IMG/VR virus record: IMGVR_UViG_3300047457_000974
Span: 2,209-66,208 of that record
Reading direction: 5' to 3' (one strand)
Length of the DNA: 64,000 bases
Source of the DNA: a virus
Lineage: Duplodnaviria; Caudoviricetes
A program made the position numbers and the translations under genes. Under the pieces are notes generated by a model. That model was not told the origin of the DNA. It saw only the letters and a program-made list of their open reading frames with translations, and did no database searches. Below, piece after piece: positions 1 through 10,047 of this stretch. Numbering within the stretch: position 1 is the stretch's first letter; every line of letters starts with the position of its first letter.

Positions 1-1
1 G

Positions 2-385
2 CAGAAATACGTTATCATCGACGGCTTTCACCGGTACTTCACCTGCCGCAACAACCAGGACATCCGTAATCGCAACCTCGGCATGCTTCCTATCGTCGTT
101 CTCGATAAACCCATCAATGATCGGATGGCTTCCACCGTCCGCCATAACCGCGCACGTGGCAAGCATTCCGTTGATGGCATGAGCAATATGGTCTTTCAGA
201 TGCTCGAAAATGGCTGGTCTGAAGCTGAAATCTGCGCTGAACTTGGCATGGAAGCCGAAGAAGTTCTCCGCCTTAAGCACATCACTGGCTTCAGTAAGCT
301 CTTTGAAGATGTTGAATACAAGCGAGCATGGGAATCAAAATTTCAGCTTAAGCTCCGCAAGCAGGCTGAAAAAGAAGCAGGGTAA
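2..385 (+). CDS. IbrB-like ParB/Srx-domain protein, 5'-truncated by the window edge
   Basis: Frame is open from base 2: QKYVIIDGFHRY...LPIVVLDKPINDRMASTVRHNRARGKH...LGMEAEEVLRLK. DGFHR and STxRHNRARGKH are typical of IbrB-type ParB proteins. Segment is visibly lower in GC. Confidence 0.8.
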   Translation, partial: QKYVIIDGFHRYFTCRNNQDIRNRNLGMLPIVVLDKPINDRMASTVRHNRARGKHSVDGMSNMVFQMLENGWSEAEICAELGMEAEEVLRLKHITGFSKLFEDVEYKRAWESKFQLKLRKQAEKEAG

Positions 386-393
386 TCTAAAAC

Positions 394-720
394 ATGGCTA
401 CCCCCCGCAGCACCGTCGCCGAGTCCGAGCTGCGCACGCAGCGCTTAGCTCGCATCATCGCCAGTGGCGGGAAGCGCTCTGACTGCCTGCGCTTTGCTGC
501 GGAGCAGTGGGGGATCGGTGAGCGGCAGACAGAGACTTACATTGCCCGCGCCCGCGAGCTGATCAAGGCCGACTGGAAGGAGATCCACCGCGATCAGATG
601 ATCGCTGATCTGCTCAGCCAGTACAGCACCCTGCAGATGGAAGCCCGTCGCTCCGGGCACCTCGCCGTCGCTCTCGGCTGCATTCACGGCGCCGCCAAAC
701 TCGCTCAGCTCGTCTCGTGA
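394..720 (+). CDS. Putative terminase small subunit (helical/HTH)
   Basis: Directly upstream of and overlapping terL; HTH-like segment WGIGERQTETYIARARE. Confidence 0.6.
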   Translation: MATPRSTVAESELRTQRLARIIASGGKRSDCLRFAAEQWGIGERQTETYIARARELIKADWKEIHRDQMIADLLSQYSTLQMEARRSGHLAVALGCIHGAAKLAQLVS

Positions 721-2249
721 GCATCCTTGCCGGTCGCCTTGGTGGCAGCGTCCTCAGCCAGCCGATCCCCTCAGCCCTTGCTGATCCCATCGACCCCGGC
801 ACCTTCGCCGACTTCATCCGCACCGTCTCCCCCACCTTCGGCTTCTACCGCCACGTCGATGTCCTGGTGGATCGCCTACAAGCCGTCGCTGATGGCAAGA
901 TCCGCCGCTTGATGATTTTTCTCCCGCCGCGGCACACGAAATCTCTTCTTGCTTCTCGGCTCTTCCCAGCCTACTATCTTCGTTGCTATCCCGAGAAATG
1001 GGTCGGCCTTGCTTCCTACGGCGGTGAATTAGCCGAAGGCTTCTCCCGCGAAGCTCGCGCCTATTTCATGGCACACGGCGGCTCCCTGGATCCAGGCAGT
1101 CGAGCCACGAACCGTTGGAACACCATCGCTGGTGGCGGCATGTGGGCTGTTGGTGTCGGCGGTAGCGCTACCGGTAAGGGCTACAGCCTGGGGATCGTCG
1201 ATGATCCAGTTAAAGACGCTCAGGAAGCCGACAGCCCAACGCATCGGCAGCGTGCTCGCGACTGGTGGGATTCGGTGTTCTCCACCCGGGCCGAACCCGA
1301 CGCTGCGCAGGTGGTGATCCAGACCCGCTGGCACCTCGACGACCTGTCGGGCTTCCTGCTTGAGACCGAGAGCACCACCGAGCGGCCCGAGGCCTGGCAT
1401 GTCGTGGACCTGCCGGCCATCGCTGGTGAGCCGGCCCTTGCCCTGCCAGCCAGCTGCACTGTCGAACCGGACTGGCGACAGCCGGGTGAGCCGCTGTGCC
1501 CGGAGCGGTTCCCCCTCGACCGCCTGGAGACGATCCGAGCCAGCACCGCCTCCCGCTGGTGGCAAGCGCTCTATCAGCAGCGGCCGACCCTGGCCGGTGG
1601 CGCGATCTTCGTGCGCGAGTGGCTGCGGTACTACGACCCAGCGCAGCTGCCGCAGACCGGCTGGATGCGCCTGCTGGCCAGCATCGACTGCACCTTCAAG
1701 GAGGCGGCCAGCTCCGACTTCGTGGCGCTCACGATCTGGGGCCAGCGGCCCGAGGGCCTGCTGCTGCTGGACGTGATCCACCGCCGGATGGGCTTCACAG
1801 GCACCGTTACCGCGATCAGTGGCGCCTGGGAGCGCTGGAAGTTCACCGAGCTGCTGGTGGAGGACGCCGCCAATGGCCCCGCCGTGATCGACACCCTCAA
1901 GCGCACCGCCGCCGGCTACAGCATCCGCGCGGTGCGGCCCCTGGGCGGCAAGGCGGCCCGCGCCAATGCCGCAGCGCCACAGTTCGAGCAGGGCCGCATC
2001 TGGCTGCCGCAGCAGGCGCCCTGGCTGCAGACCTACGTCGATCAGCTGCTGGCCTTCCCCAGCGCCGCGCACGATGACCTGGTGGACTCCACCACCCAGG
2101 CCATCAACCACGTGGCCGGCACCGGCCCCATGCGCGTCTCCACCGTCCACTACGGCCACGCCAGCGCCGGCCATGCGCCGGTTGACCCGTTCGCTGATGC
2201 GGACATGCCCAGGCGCCGCCGGCTGACCGGGGTGCCGGGGTTCCGCTGA
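717..2249 (+). CDS. terL: Terminase large subunit
   Basis: LPPRHTKS (Walker A variant), GIVDDPVKD (Walker B), IQTRWH, RNase H-like C-terminus SIDC...VEDAANG...FPSAAHDDLVDS. Confidence 0.95.
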   Translation: MSILAGRLGGSVLSQPIPSALADPIDPGTFADFIRTVSPTFGFYRHVDVLVDRLQAVADGKIRRLMIFLPPRHTKSLLASRLFPAYYLRCYPEKWVGLASYGGELAEGFSREARAYFMAHGGSLDPGSRATNRWNTIAGGGMWAVGVGGSATGKGYSLGIVDDPVKDAQEADSPTHRQRARDWWDSVFSTRAEPDAAQVVIQTRWHLDDLSGFLLETESTTERPEAWHVVDLPAIAGEPALALPASCTVEPDWRQPGEPLCPERFPLDRLETIRASTASRWWQALYQQRPTLAGGAIFVREWLRYYDPAQLPQTGWMRLLASIDCTFKEAASSDFVALTIWGQRPEGLLLLDVIHRRMGFTGTVTAISGAWERWKFTELLVEDAANGPAVIDTLKRTAAGYSIRAVRPLGGKAARANAAAPQFEQGRIWLPQQAPWLQTYVDQLLAFPSAAHDDLVDSTTQAINHVAGTGPMRVSTVHYGHASAGHAPVDPFADADMPRRRRLTGVPGFR

Positions 2250-2260
2250 TTCTCCCCACC

Positions 2261-3100
2261 ATGACTGCTGCACCAACCCGCCGCCGCCGCGCCGCCCAGC
2301 AGGCGGATCCCGACCCCTCCGCCCGACCCTTCCCGCCGCCGACCGAGCACAGCGAAGCGCTGGTCGAGGCCAACCTGGGCCTGGCCCGGCAAGCAGCCTG
2401 GCGCTGGTCCCGCAAGACCGGCCAGCCGTACGACGACCTGGAGGCGGTCGCGTTCGTCGGCCTGATCCGCGGCTGCCGCCGGTACGACCCCGAGCGGATC
2501 AACCCGGGCAGCGGCAAGCCCTATGCCCTGAGCACGATCGTCTGCCCCTTCGTCAATGGCGAGATCCTCCACTGGTTCCGCGATCGCGGCCATGCCGTCC
2601 GCTACCCCTCGAAGTGGCGCGAGGCCTGGGGCAAAGTCCAGCGGCTGATCGCTGACCCCGACGTGCCGGCCCACGATGTCGCCGCGCAGGCGGGCCTTAG
2701 CCCGGCGGAGCTCGACGAGATGCTGGCCAGCATGACCGGCACCGTCAGCCTCGATGACACCTTCGGCGCTGATGGCAGCCCACCGCCAGAGCCCGAGGAG
2801 CCCGATCGCCTGGCGCCGCTGCAGCGGCTGATCCTGCAGGCATGGAGCAACATGCACCCTGGCGACCAGAGCACGCTGCTGGCGTGGTGGAGCAAGCCTC
2901 ACCGGCTGGCACTACCACAGGGTCCGCTTCAGCAATTCCACGGCCGATTGAAAGCGCTGTTGTCCGGTCGCAGCTTGCGAGAGGTGCTGCAGCTGGAGCT
3001 TTGCCAGGTGGAGCGGGTCGAGGTGGAGAAGAAGCCCCGGGCGCAACGTCGCAGCCGGGATCTGGCGGTGGCCGCGGTGCAGTTGGGGTTATTGGCTTAG
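2261..3100 (+). CDS. Phage sigma-70 family factor (SigF/SigB-like region 2; region 4 looks degenerate)
   Basis: LVEANLGLARQAA...YDDLEAVAFVGLIRGCRRYDP...STIVCPFVNGEILHWFRD (regions 2.1-2.4) and VSLD (region 3.2). C-terminus VQLGLLA. Confidence 0.88.
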   Translation: MTAAPTRRRRAAQQADPDPSARPFPPPTEHSEALVEANLGLARQAAWRWSRKTGQPYDDLEAVAFVGLIRGCRRYDPERINPGSGKPYALSTIVCPFVNGEILHWFRDRGHAVRYPSKWREAWGKVQRLIADPDVPAHDVAAQAGLSPAELDEMLASMTGTVSLDDTFGADGSPPPEPEEPDRLAPLQRLILQAWSNMHPGDQSTLLAWWSKPHRLALPQGPLQQFHGRLKALLSGRSLREVLQLELCQVERVEVEKKPRAQRRSRDLAVAAVQLGLLA

Positions 3101-3226
3101 ACCGCTGCTACGATCGGATCAGCACCTGCGCAGGGCGTTGCGTTGGTGTTATGCCAGGCCCGGTCACCCTCGCGGCGGCCGGGCTTTGTGCTGTCCGGGG
3201 CGGAAAGCTGAGCCATAACCCGGCTC

Positions 3227-4702
3227 ATGCGCGTGGATACTCGGCTCAGTCACCCGATCGACGATCCGCAGCTGCCCAGCTACCGGCATCCGACGCTGCG
3301 TGAGTACGACGAAGATCTGCGCAGGGCGTTTGATGTCTACAGCAACCTGCGCGATTGCAAGGATCGCTACCTCGTTCAGGAGCCCGCCGAGCCGCCGGAG
3401 GCGTATCAGGCCCGGCTGGGCCGCTCGGTGTTCTCGGACTTCTTTCGCAGCTCCATCAAGGCGTTTGCAGGTGTCCTGACCCGCTTCAACCTGGTCGATC
3501 CGCCCGTCAGCTTCGAGCGCGCCGCGGACAACGTGGACCTAGAAGGCAGCAACCTCAGCTCCTGGTGGATGCGTGCCGACACACTGGTCATGCGTGATGG
3601 CGGCGTGGCGCTGCAGGTGGAGATGCCGCCTGATCGGCCCGCCAATGCCGCCGAGGAAGCAGCCATGGGCCGTCGGCCTTACCTGGTAATCCGGCCGCGA
3701 TCCAAGGTGCTCAACTGGCGGACCAGCATCATCAACGGCACCGAGCAGCTGGAGCGGGTGACGTTTCTGGAGATGGTCGAGGTAGAGGATGGCGAGTTTG
3801 GCGTCAAGCTGGAGCCCCGCTATCGGGTGATCACCCGCGGCGAGTGGTTTCTGTTCAAGATCGAAACCGACAGCAAGGGCAAGGCTGAGGCGGTCATCGT
3901 CGAGGAAGGCCCGTACCTCGGCCCTGGCGGCCAGCCGCTCAACGTGTGCCCGGTGATCTGGTACGCGGCCGACATCGGCACTGGCTTCGGACAGGGGGAT
4001 CTGCCGCTGCGGCAGGTGGCAGAGCACAACATCGAGCACTTTCAGCGCCGCTCGGATCTGCGCGAGAAGGATCACAAGTGCAACCTGCCGGTCCCGGTGG
4101 CGATCGGCCGCACGCCTCCCGCGCCAGGCGAGGCGCGCCGGCCGCTGGCGATCGGCCCGAACTCAGTGATCGATCTGGATCAGGGCGGATCGTTCAGCTT
4201 CGCCGAGCCCAGCGCCAGCAGCCTGGCCGAGAGCCGGGCGCAGATCCAGGAGGTCGAGAAGCTGATCGCCCGTCAGACCCTGGGCTTCCTCTACGGCGAC
4301 AGCAGCGGCACCAAGACCGCTACCCAGGCCGGATTGGAGTCTGCGCAAACGGAAGCGACCATCAAGCAGATCGGCGAGCAGAAGGCCTCCGCCATGCAGT
4401 CGCTGCTTGGCTTGTGGTGCCTGTTCACCGGCGAGGAGCTTCCCCAGGGCGCCGGCCTGCAGATGAGCAGCACGATCTACGACCGGCCGCTGGAGTCGCA
4501 GGACGTGGCGCAGATCCAGCAGCTGGCGGGTGGCATCGAGCTGATCAGTCAGGAGAGCGCGATCGAGATCCTGCAGCGGGCAGGGATCAACTCGGCGACC
4601 ACCAGCGTGGAGGACGAGCTGGAGCGCATCCGGGGCGAACAGCCAGAGCCGGCGGAGCCGGTGGGGCTGAATGATCTGGGGATGCTGCCGTCGGAAAGCT
4701 GA
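3227..4702 (+). CDS. Portal protein (DUF4055-like)
   Basis: 491 aa downstream of terL; EPAEPPEAYQARLGRS, NVDLEG, KTATQA motifs. Confidence 0.85.
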   Translation: MRVDTRLSHPIDDPQLPSYRHPTLREYDEDLRRAFDVYSNLRDCKDRYLVQEPAEPPEAYQARLGRSVFSDFFRSSIKAFAGVLTRFNLVDPPVSFERAADNVDLEGSNLSSWWMRADTLVMRDGGVALQVEMPPDRPANAAEEAAMGRRPYLVIRPRSKVLNWRTSIINGTEQLERVTFLEMVEVEDGEFGVKLEPRYRVITRGEWFLFKIETDSKGKAEAVIVEEGPYLGPGGQPLNVCPVIWYAADIGTGFGQGDLPLRQVAEHNIEHFQRRSDLREKDHKCNLPVPVAIGRTPPAPGEARRPLAIGPNSVIDLDQGGSFSFAEPSASSLAESRAQIQEVEKLIARQTLGFLYGDSSGTKTATQAGLESAQTEATIKQIGEQKASAMQSLLGLWCLFTGEELPQGAGLQMSSTIYDRPLESQDVAQIQQLAGGIELISQESAIEILQRAGINSATTSVEDELERIRGEQPEPAEPVGLNDLGMLPSES

Positions 4703-4723
4703 GCCATTGGTTGTTGAAGGCTG

Positions 4724-5455
4724 GTGGCTCGGACGTACAAGCGTGATGCGAGTGGGCGGTTCGCCAGCGGTGGCGGCAGCTCCGGCGGCGGCCGATCGGG
4801 CGGCAAGGCCGTTGCAAAGTCCAAGCCTGCCAAGCGCTCCGCACCGAAGAGCACCAGCGCTCGCGGTCGTGCCTTGCAGAATCAACGCCGTGCCGCCGCA
4901 TTGGTCAGTGCCAGCCGTGGTGGCAGGGGGCCCAGCGCTAAGGCGATCCGGTCCGTGCTGACCGCACAGCGTGCGAGGGCGTTCTATGCGGCGACCGGAG
5001 GCGGCAAGAAGCGTTCAGCGGTGAAGCCAGCAACGAAGAAGACCGCCAAGGCGACGGCGGCAGCGGTTCGGGCTAGGACAAAGGCTGGGAGTGGGGTGAA
5101 GGCGGCAGAGGCAAGGGCGAGGAGTTCGGGGCGGCCTAAGGCGAGGGTTGTGGCTAAGCCTGCAGCGCAGCGGCCGGCCCGCGAACCTAAGACCAATTCT
5201 CAAATCCTTTCTCAGACTCGGCGGATCATCGAAAAGGCGTCAGCACGCAAGCAGGCTGCGCGGCTTTCTTATGTCGTAGCGAAAAACGAGCGTCGCATTG
5301 CGAGGGCAACTGCTGTTCGGCAGGCCATCCTGAATCCGCCTAAGCCGAAGAAGTCGCGGAAGCCTCGCGATCCGAACCACTTGACCCCAACACAACTTGC
5401 AAACCGACGTTGGGCAGCGTCGATGAATGCGTGGAACCGTGGCATGGGCCGCTAA
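4724..5455 (+). CDS. Basic protein with MARTYKRDxxGRF leader (copy 1)
   Basis: GTG start; MARTYKRDASGRFASGGG; rich in R/K/A/S; late octamer at 4693-4700. Confidence 0.8.
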   Translation: MARTYKRDASGRFASGGGSSGGGRSGGKAVAKSKPAKRSAPKSTSARGRALQNQRRAAALVSASRGGRGPSAKAIRSVLTAQRARAFYAATGGGKKRSAVKPATKKTAKATAAAVRARTKAGSGVKAAEARARSSGRPKARVVAKPAAQRPAREPKTNSQILSQTRRIIEKASARKQAARLSYVVAKNERRIARATAVRQAILNPPKPKKSRKPRDPNHLTPTQLANRRWAASMNAWNRGMGR

Positions 5456-5492
5456 CCCGGCAACCTATCCCGTCCATCTCCACCCACCACCC

Positions 5493-5648
5493 ATGACCCT
5501 CTACGAGGCCATCCGCGCCGCCATCGACGAAGCCACCAGCGAAGACGAAGAGATGAGCCTTCCCGAGTTGATCGGCACCCTGGAGCTGATCAAGGCTGAG
5601 CTGATCGCCGCTGCCCTGGAGCCTGACGACGAGGACGACGAAGAATGA
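5493..5648 (+). CDS. Small acidic protein
   Basis: MTLYEAIRAAIDEATSEDEEM...EPDDEDDEE; preceded by octamer 5459-5466 and a CCA-rich leader; overlaps the MuF start. Confidence 0.7.
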   Translation: MTLYEAIRAAIDEATSEDEEMSLPELIGTLELIKAELIAAALEPDDEDDEE

Positions 5649-8600
5649 CAATCACGCCAGGGCCACGACGCCTGGTTGGCGTCGCTGACGATTACAGCAA
5701 GGCCCTGGATCAGCTGGAGCGCCGCGCCGTTGGCAATACCCGCGAGCTGCTGCGGCGCTCTCTGACCAATACGCTCGCCAGCCTCCGTCGGTCCTATGCG
5801 CTCTATCTGGAGGCGCTGGGCCCCATGAGCCGCGACCCATCCGGGCAGTTCATCCGCCGGCCGGGCAGCTACACCACCGCGGAGGCGACAGCGAAGTTCA
5901 GGGCGATCCTGGCCGATGCGCAGCGGTTCCTGCCCGACTGGGAGCTGGAGCAGTGGCGCATGCAGTACCAGGCCGATCTGCGGGAAGCCACCACACTTGG
6001 CGTTGAACTGGCCAGCGAGCTGACGCGCATGCAGCGGGTGCCGGCACCAGCCCCAGGCATGGGGCCCACTACTCCCGGGCAGGTGCAGCAGCTGGGGCAG
6101 GAGCTGGTCGCCATGGCGCAGCAGCCACCGCAGGCCTCGCCGTTCGCTGGCGTCAACCCCGAGGCGGTGCGGGCCGCTGCCCTGCAGGCCAGCGCCATGA
6201 TCCAGGGCGAGACGGCACGATTCCGCGATCAGATCGTGCAGATCGTCGGCGAGGGTGCATCCCGCGGCTGGGGCCCGAAGCGGCTTGAGCGCGACATCCG
6301 CCAGGCACTGGTCGGCGCTCGCGACCCGAACGGCATCACGAAGCGGTTGGGGCTGGAGCAACGGGCAGAGCTGATCGCCCGCAGCGAGCTGGCAGCGGCC
6401 TACTCCGGAGGGACGCTGCGCACCGCGCAGCAGCGGGGCATCGCCTACGTCAGGGTGATGGCCAGCAATGACGAGCGAACCTGCCCTACGTGTGCGGCGA
6501 GGAATGGCAGGGTCTATCCAGTTGATCGCGTGGCACTGCCGTTTCATCCGAGATGCCGCTGCGTTGCAGTCGAGGTGGAGAACGAGGCCGTCACCGAGAA
6601 GGATCCTGCACTGCGCGCCACCCTGCTCGACTCCCAGCGCTGGCAGGACGAGCACGACCGCGGCGTTGAGGCCTATGCAGAGGCTCGGCACCAGGAGCGC
6701 ATCGACGTGCTGCAACGGCAGGTGGACCGGGCCAAGGACGGCGACCAGAAGGATGCACTGAGCGCCCAGCTGCAGCAGCTGGTAGATCGCGGCCCAGACA
6801 TGGTGAAGGCCCGGGCTGAATTGGCCCAGGCCTTGCGGACGCCTACCGCGAGCGAGCGGCGGCTATTTGGGAAGGATGCGAAACCGCTGCGGGAAAGCGT
6901 GCCACTGTTCGGTGGTGACGAGCCGCCCGCCGCCGCAGCACCGCCGCCACCGCCGGCACCTCGCAAGCCATCGGCGCCCCCGATGGCCCAACGGGTCTCG
7001 CGCATGCGGACCTCGGACATCAGCGCCGATCCAGCCCGCTTTCAGTACAAGCTCAACGCCAACAGCGAAACCGGTGAAGTCGGCAGCCTGCGCGGCGTGC
7101 AGAAGTGGAACGAGGACCTGGCCGGCGTGCTCTCGGTATGGAAGGATCCAGCCGACGGCAAGACCTACGTCATCAATGGTCACAACCGGCTGGCACTGGC
7201 GAACAAGCTCGGCGCCAGCGAAGTGCCGGTGCTCAACATCGAAGCCAAGACGGCAGCAGAGGCCCGCGCGATCGGCGCCAAGCAGAACATCGCCAACGGC
7301 GATGGCACCGCGATCGATGCCGCCAAGTTCATGCGCGACACCGGTCAGCGCGCCAAGGACATGCTGGCCCAGGGCCTGAACCTCAAAGGCTCGGTGGCAC
7401 GCAACGGCGCCGCGCTCGCGGACCTGCCCGACTTCATGTTCTCCGCCGTGGTGGACGGCCGCCTCTCGGTGGACCACGGCGCCGCCATCGGCCGCAGCGG
7501 CCTGACCCACGGCCAGATGGCAGACGCCTACAAGGTGCTGCAGAGCAAGCCATCGATGAGCGCAGCCACCTTGGACGAGGTGCTGCAGGCGGCCCGGGCC
7601 AGCAAGGCCCGCACGCGCGAGGAAGCAACCCTCTTCGGAACCAGTCAGGTAGAGACCAGCACCATGATCGAGCGGGCGGAGCTGGCCGCCAAGCTGCGCG
7701 CCGGGCAGAACCAAGAGATCAGAGTGCTTGACAAAGCCGCCGGCAAGGCTGATGTGCTGGCCGCCAAGGGCAACAGGATCGACGTGCAGCAGGCGCAGAT
7801 CAGGGCAGCTGAGGCCCGCTCGCGTGCGGACGTGTTTGATCTGCTCAAGAACCAACCCAGCAGCGCCATCGCCAAGGCCCTGAACGATGCGGCGGCTGCC
7901 GTTCAGGATGCCCCAAACCGCGCGGCCAAGGCGCAGGCCACCAAGGACGGCAGCGCCCTGGTGAATGCCGCCATCGATCGCGAGCTGCGGCGCATGGCCG
8001 GCAGCAGCAAGGGCCTGCTGCTCAGCGTCGCCGACCTCAAGGCCAAGCGTGCCGGACAGCTCGCGCAACCGCCGGAGCTGGAGCTTGCGGCCAGGCCCGC
8101 GGATCTGACGCTCAGCAGGCTGCCGACGCGCCTGCTGGATCCCGCCACCGCCAAGGCCGGGTCCATCGGCTCCCTGCGACCCGATCAGGTGCGCGCTGAT
8201 GCCGAGCGCTTCCAGTACAAGGCGGCAACAGACGCCAGGACCGGTGAGGTCGGCAGCCTGGAGGGCGTCAGCAAGTACGACCCGGCTCTTGCCGGCGTGA
8301 TCAGCGTCTGGAAGGATCCAGCCAACGGGGAGACGTATGTCATCAATGGCCACAACCGACTGGCCGCCGCGAAGCGACTCGGCGCTGATGCCGTGAGCGT
8401 TCGCTATATCAATGCCGCCACTGCCGCTGATGCCAGGGCGATCGGCGCCTTGGCCAACATCGCCGAGGGCCAGGGAACGGCGATCGATGCCGCCAAGTTC
8501 ATGCGGGAGAAGGGGTACACCGCTGCGGACATGCTGGCGATGGGCATACCGCTCAAGAAGGCTGCTGCGCGCGATGGCGCTAATCTCGCCAGCCTGCCGG

Positions 8601-9223
8601 ATGACATCTGGTCTGCTGTCGTCAATGAAACGATCGGGATCGAAAAGGCCTCACAGATCGGCGGTGCTGGCCTCGACGCGCAGGGTATGCGGAATGTCGC
8701 CAGCGTCCTGGCCAGGCGCCCGAGCGCCAGTGCTGATGTCGTCCGGGAGCTGGTGGCTGCTGAGAAGGCGTCCATGCAGCAGGGGTCGACGATGGAACTG
8801 TTCAACGACCCCGATGCGGAGCGCTTCAAGCTGAGCCGCGCGGATGTGACCCGTTCGATGCGCGATGAGCTGATGAAGGACAAAACCCTGTTCAGCACAC
8901 TGGCTACCAGCAGGGCCGCTCAGGCACTGGAGAAAGCTGGCAGCCAACTGGACACCGCAGCGAATCGCCAGGCGTCCGCCGAGGTTGAGCGTGTGCTGAG
9001 CGTCTTCGATCAGATGAAGAACCTATCCGGCCCCGTTGGGCAGGCTCTGGATCGTGGCGCCAGAGAGATCATGGGCGCCCGCAACGCACAGGAGCGACTG
9101 GAGATTCAGCGCCGACTCAGGGGTGAAATATCAGGCGCTGTTCAGGAGGTGCTGAGCGTGATACCTGGTGGTCAACCACCGCCACCACCGGAAGCGCCAG
9201 GGCAGTCATCACTGTTCGGTTGA
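5645..9223 (+). CDS. MuF/SPP1 gp7-like head morphogenesis protein with two tandem ParB-like modules
   Basis: RAELIARSE...DERTCPTC...PFHPRCRC (MuF), then twice xDxxRFQYK...GVxSVWKDPAxGxTYVINGHNRL...NIAxGxGTAIDAAKFMR. Confidence 0.88.
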   Translation: MTITPGPRRLVGVADDYSKALDQLERRAVGNTRELLRRSLTNTLASLRRSYALYLEALGPMSRDPSGQFIRRPGSYTTAEATAKFRAILADAQRFLPDWELEQWRMQYQADLREATTLGVELASELTRMQRVPAPAPGMGPTTPGQVQQLGQELVAMAQQPPQASPFAGVNPEAVRAAALQASAMIQGETARFRDQIVQIVGEGASRGWGPKRLERDIRQALVGARDPNGITKRLGLEQRAELIARSELAAAYSGGTLRTAQQRGIAYVRVMASNDERTCPTCAARNGRVYPVDRVALPFHPRCRCVAVEVENEAVTEKDPALRATLLDSQRWQDEHDRGVEAYAEARHQERIDVLQRQVDRAKDGDQKDALSAQLQQLVDRGPDMVKARAELAQALRTPTASERRLFGKDAKPLRESVPLFGGDEPPAAAAPPPPPAPRKPSAPPMAQRVSRMRTSDISADPARFQYKLNANSETGEVGSLRGVQKWNEDLAGVLSVWKDPADGKTYVINGHNRLALANKLGASEVPVLNIEAKTAAEARAIGAKQNIANGDGTAIDAAKFMRDTGQRAKDMLAQGLNLKGSVARNGAALADLPDFMFSAVVDGRLSVDHGAAIGRSGLTHGQMADAYKVLQSKPSMSAATLDEVLQAARASKARTREEATLFGTSQVETSTMIERAELAAKLRAGQNQEIRVLDKAAGKADVLAAKGNRIDVQQAQIRAAEARSRADVFDLLKNQPSSAIAKALNDAAAAVQDAPNRAAKAQATKDGSALVNAAIDRELRRMAGSSKGLLLSVADLKAKRAGQLAQPPELELAARPADLTLSRLPTRLLDPATAKAGSIGSLRPDQVRADAERFQYKAATDARTGEVGSLEGVSKYDPALAGVISVWKDPANGETYVINGHNRLAAAKRLGADAVSVRYINAATAADARAIGALANIAEGQGTAIDAAKFMREKGYTAADMLAMGIPLKKAAARDGANLASLPDDIWSAVVNETIGIEKASQIGGAGLDAQGMRNVASVLARRPSASADVVRELVAAEKASMQQGSTMELFNDPDAERFKLSRADVTRSMRDELMKDKTLFSTLATSRAAQALEKAGSQLDTAANRQASAEVERVLSVFDQMKNLSGPVGQALDRGAREIMGARNAQERLEIQRRLRGEISGAVQEVLSVIPGGQPPPPPEAPGQSSLFG

Positions 9224-9261
9224 CGTATAATGAGCGGGCGACCACCGCAACCCACCACACC

Positions 9262-9528
9262 ATGGCCATTGATTTGACCGATAAAGCAATCCGCGAGAGC
9301 TTCGATGCAATGCTCGAAGCAGCCAGCACCTATCTGCAGCCGCAGGATCTGGTTCGCTGGCATCACAGAATCGAGAACTGCGACAACCTCAGCCAGGCTG
9401 CCGAGGTGACAACGGAAATGATCGGCCGGCCCATGAGTGCCACGGACCGGCGGATCGCAGATGAGGTTCGTCAGTCGCTGATCCTGCTGGGCGACCGGGT
9501 CGGCGCCAGCGAGGGATCAGCGGCCTGA
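9262..9528 (+). CDS. Hypothetical protein
   Basis: ATG after a CCACCACACC leader; TATAAT at 9226-9231 suggests a host sigma70-type promoter. Confidence 0.6.
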   Translation: MAIDLTDKAIRESFDAMLEAASTYLQPQDLVRWHHRIENCDNLSQAAEVTTEMIGRPMSATDRRIADEVRQSLILLGDRVGASEGSAA

Positions 9529-9529
9529 C

Positions 9530-9991
9530 TCAGAACGGCGCCAGCTCCCGCTCGGCATCAGCCGGTGCGTTGTCGTAGGTGACAACAGCAGGCTCCGCCG
9601 CGGGAGCGGGGCACGCGGCAGGGGCGGCAGGAGCATCGGCGGCAGCCTTGCGCAGCACCAGGGCGCCATCGATGTGCTCGATGTCCACCCGGTCGCCGTC
9701 GGCCACGCCGATCAGGGCGCTGTAGCCGGCGGTGACGGGGATCACGCCGGTCTTGCTGGCCTTGACGTTGAAGCTCAGCGGCTTCCCGCGGCCAGCCTTG
9801 ACCACCTTCGGCTCAGGCGTGCCGAGGTCCACGCCCTTGGCATCGATGATGGCCTCGTAGTAAGCGGAGAACAGAATCCGCTCGCTGCCATCCTTTTTTG
9901 TGGCGACATAGCCGCAGGCGCGGGCAATGTCCACCTTGGACAGGTGAGACAGCTCAGCGACCTTGGCCAGCAGTTCAGCGCCCTTCAGCAT
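9530..9991 (-). CDS. Cyanobacterial-type AbrB-like transcriptional regulator
   Basis: LKGAELLAKVAEL...IARACGYV...FSAYYEAIIDAKGV...GRGKPLSFNVKASKTGVIPVTAGYS resembles the cyAbrB pattern. Confidence 0.85.
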   Translation of the reverse strand: MLKGAELLAKVAELSHLSKVDIARACGYVATKKDGSERILFSAYYEAIIDAKGVDLGTPEPKVVKAGRGKPLSFNVKASKTGVIPVTAGYSALIGVADGDRVDIEHIDGALVLRKAAADAPAAPAACPAPAAEPAVVTYDNAPADAERELAPF

Positions 9992-10023
9992 CGTGGATCG
10001 TGGTGGGGAACGCCTATTGTACC

Positions 10024-10045
10024 GCTACGGTTTCGATACCGCAGC
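10024..10045. promoter_or_regulatory. 22-bp palindromic operator, copy between two divergent genes
   Basis: GCTACGGTTTCGATACCGCAGC matches consensus GCTnCGGTnnCGnnACCGnAGC seen at several other sites. Confidence 0.75.
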
Positions 10046-10047
10046 AA

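Noticed and set aside
4724-4765. MART... leader as a histone H3 tail (ARTKQTAR) mimic
   Set aside because: Only three residues match, the host is bacterial, and the conserved part is RDxxGRF.
1029-8353. Long antisense ORFs (1029-2276, 5501-6715, 6863-8353; likewise 37614-38672 and 38739-40172)
   Set aside because: Shadow frames of GC-rich genes with no recognisable motifs.
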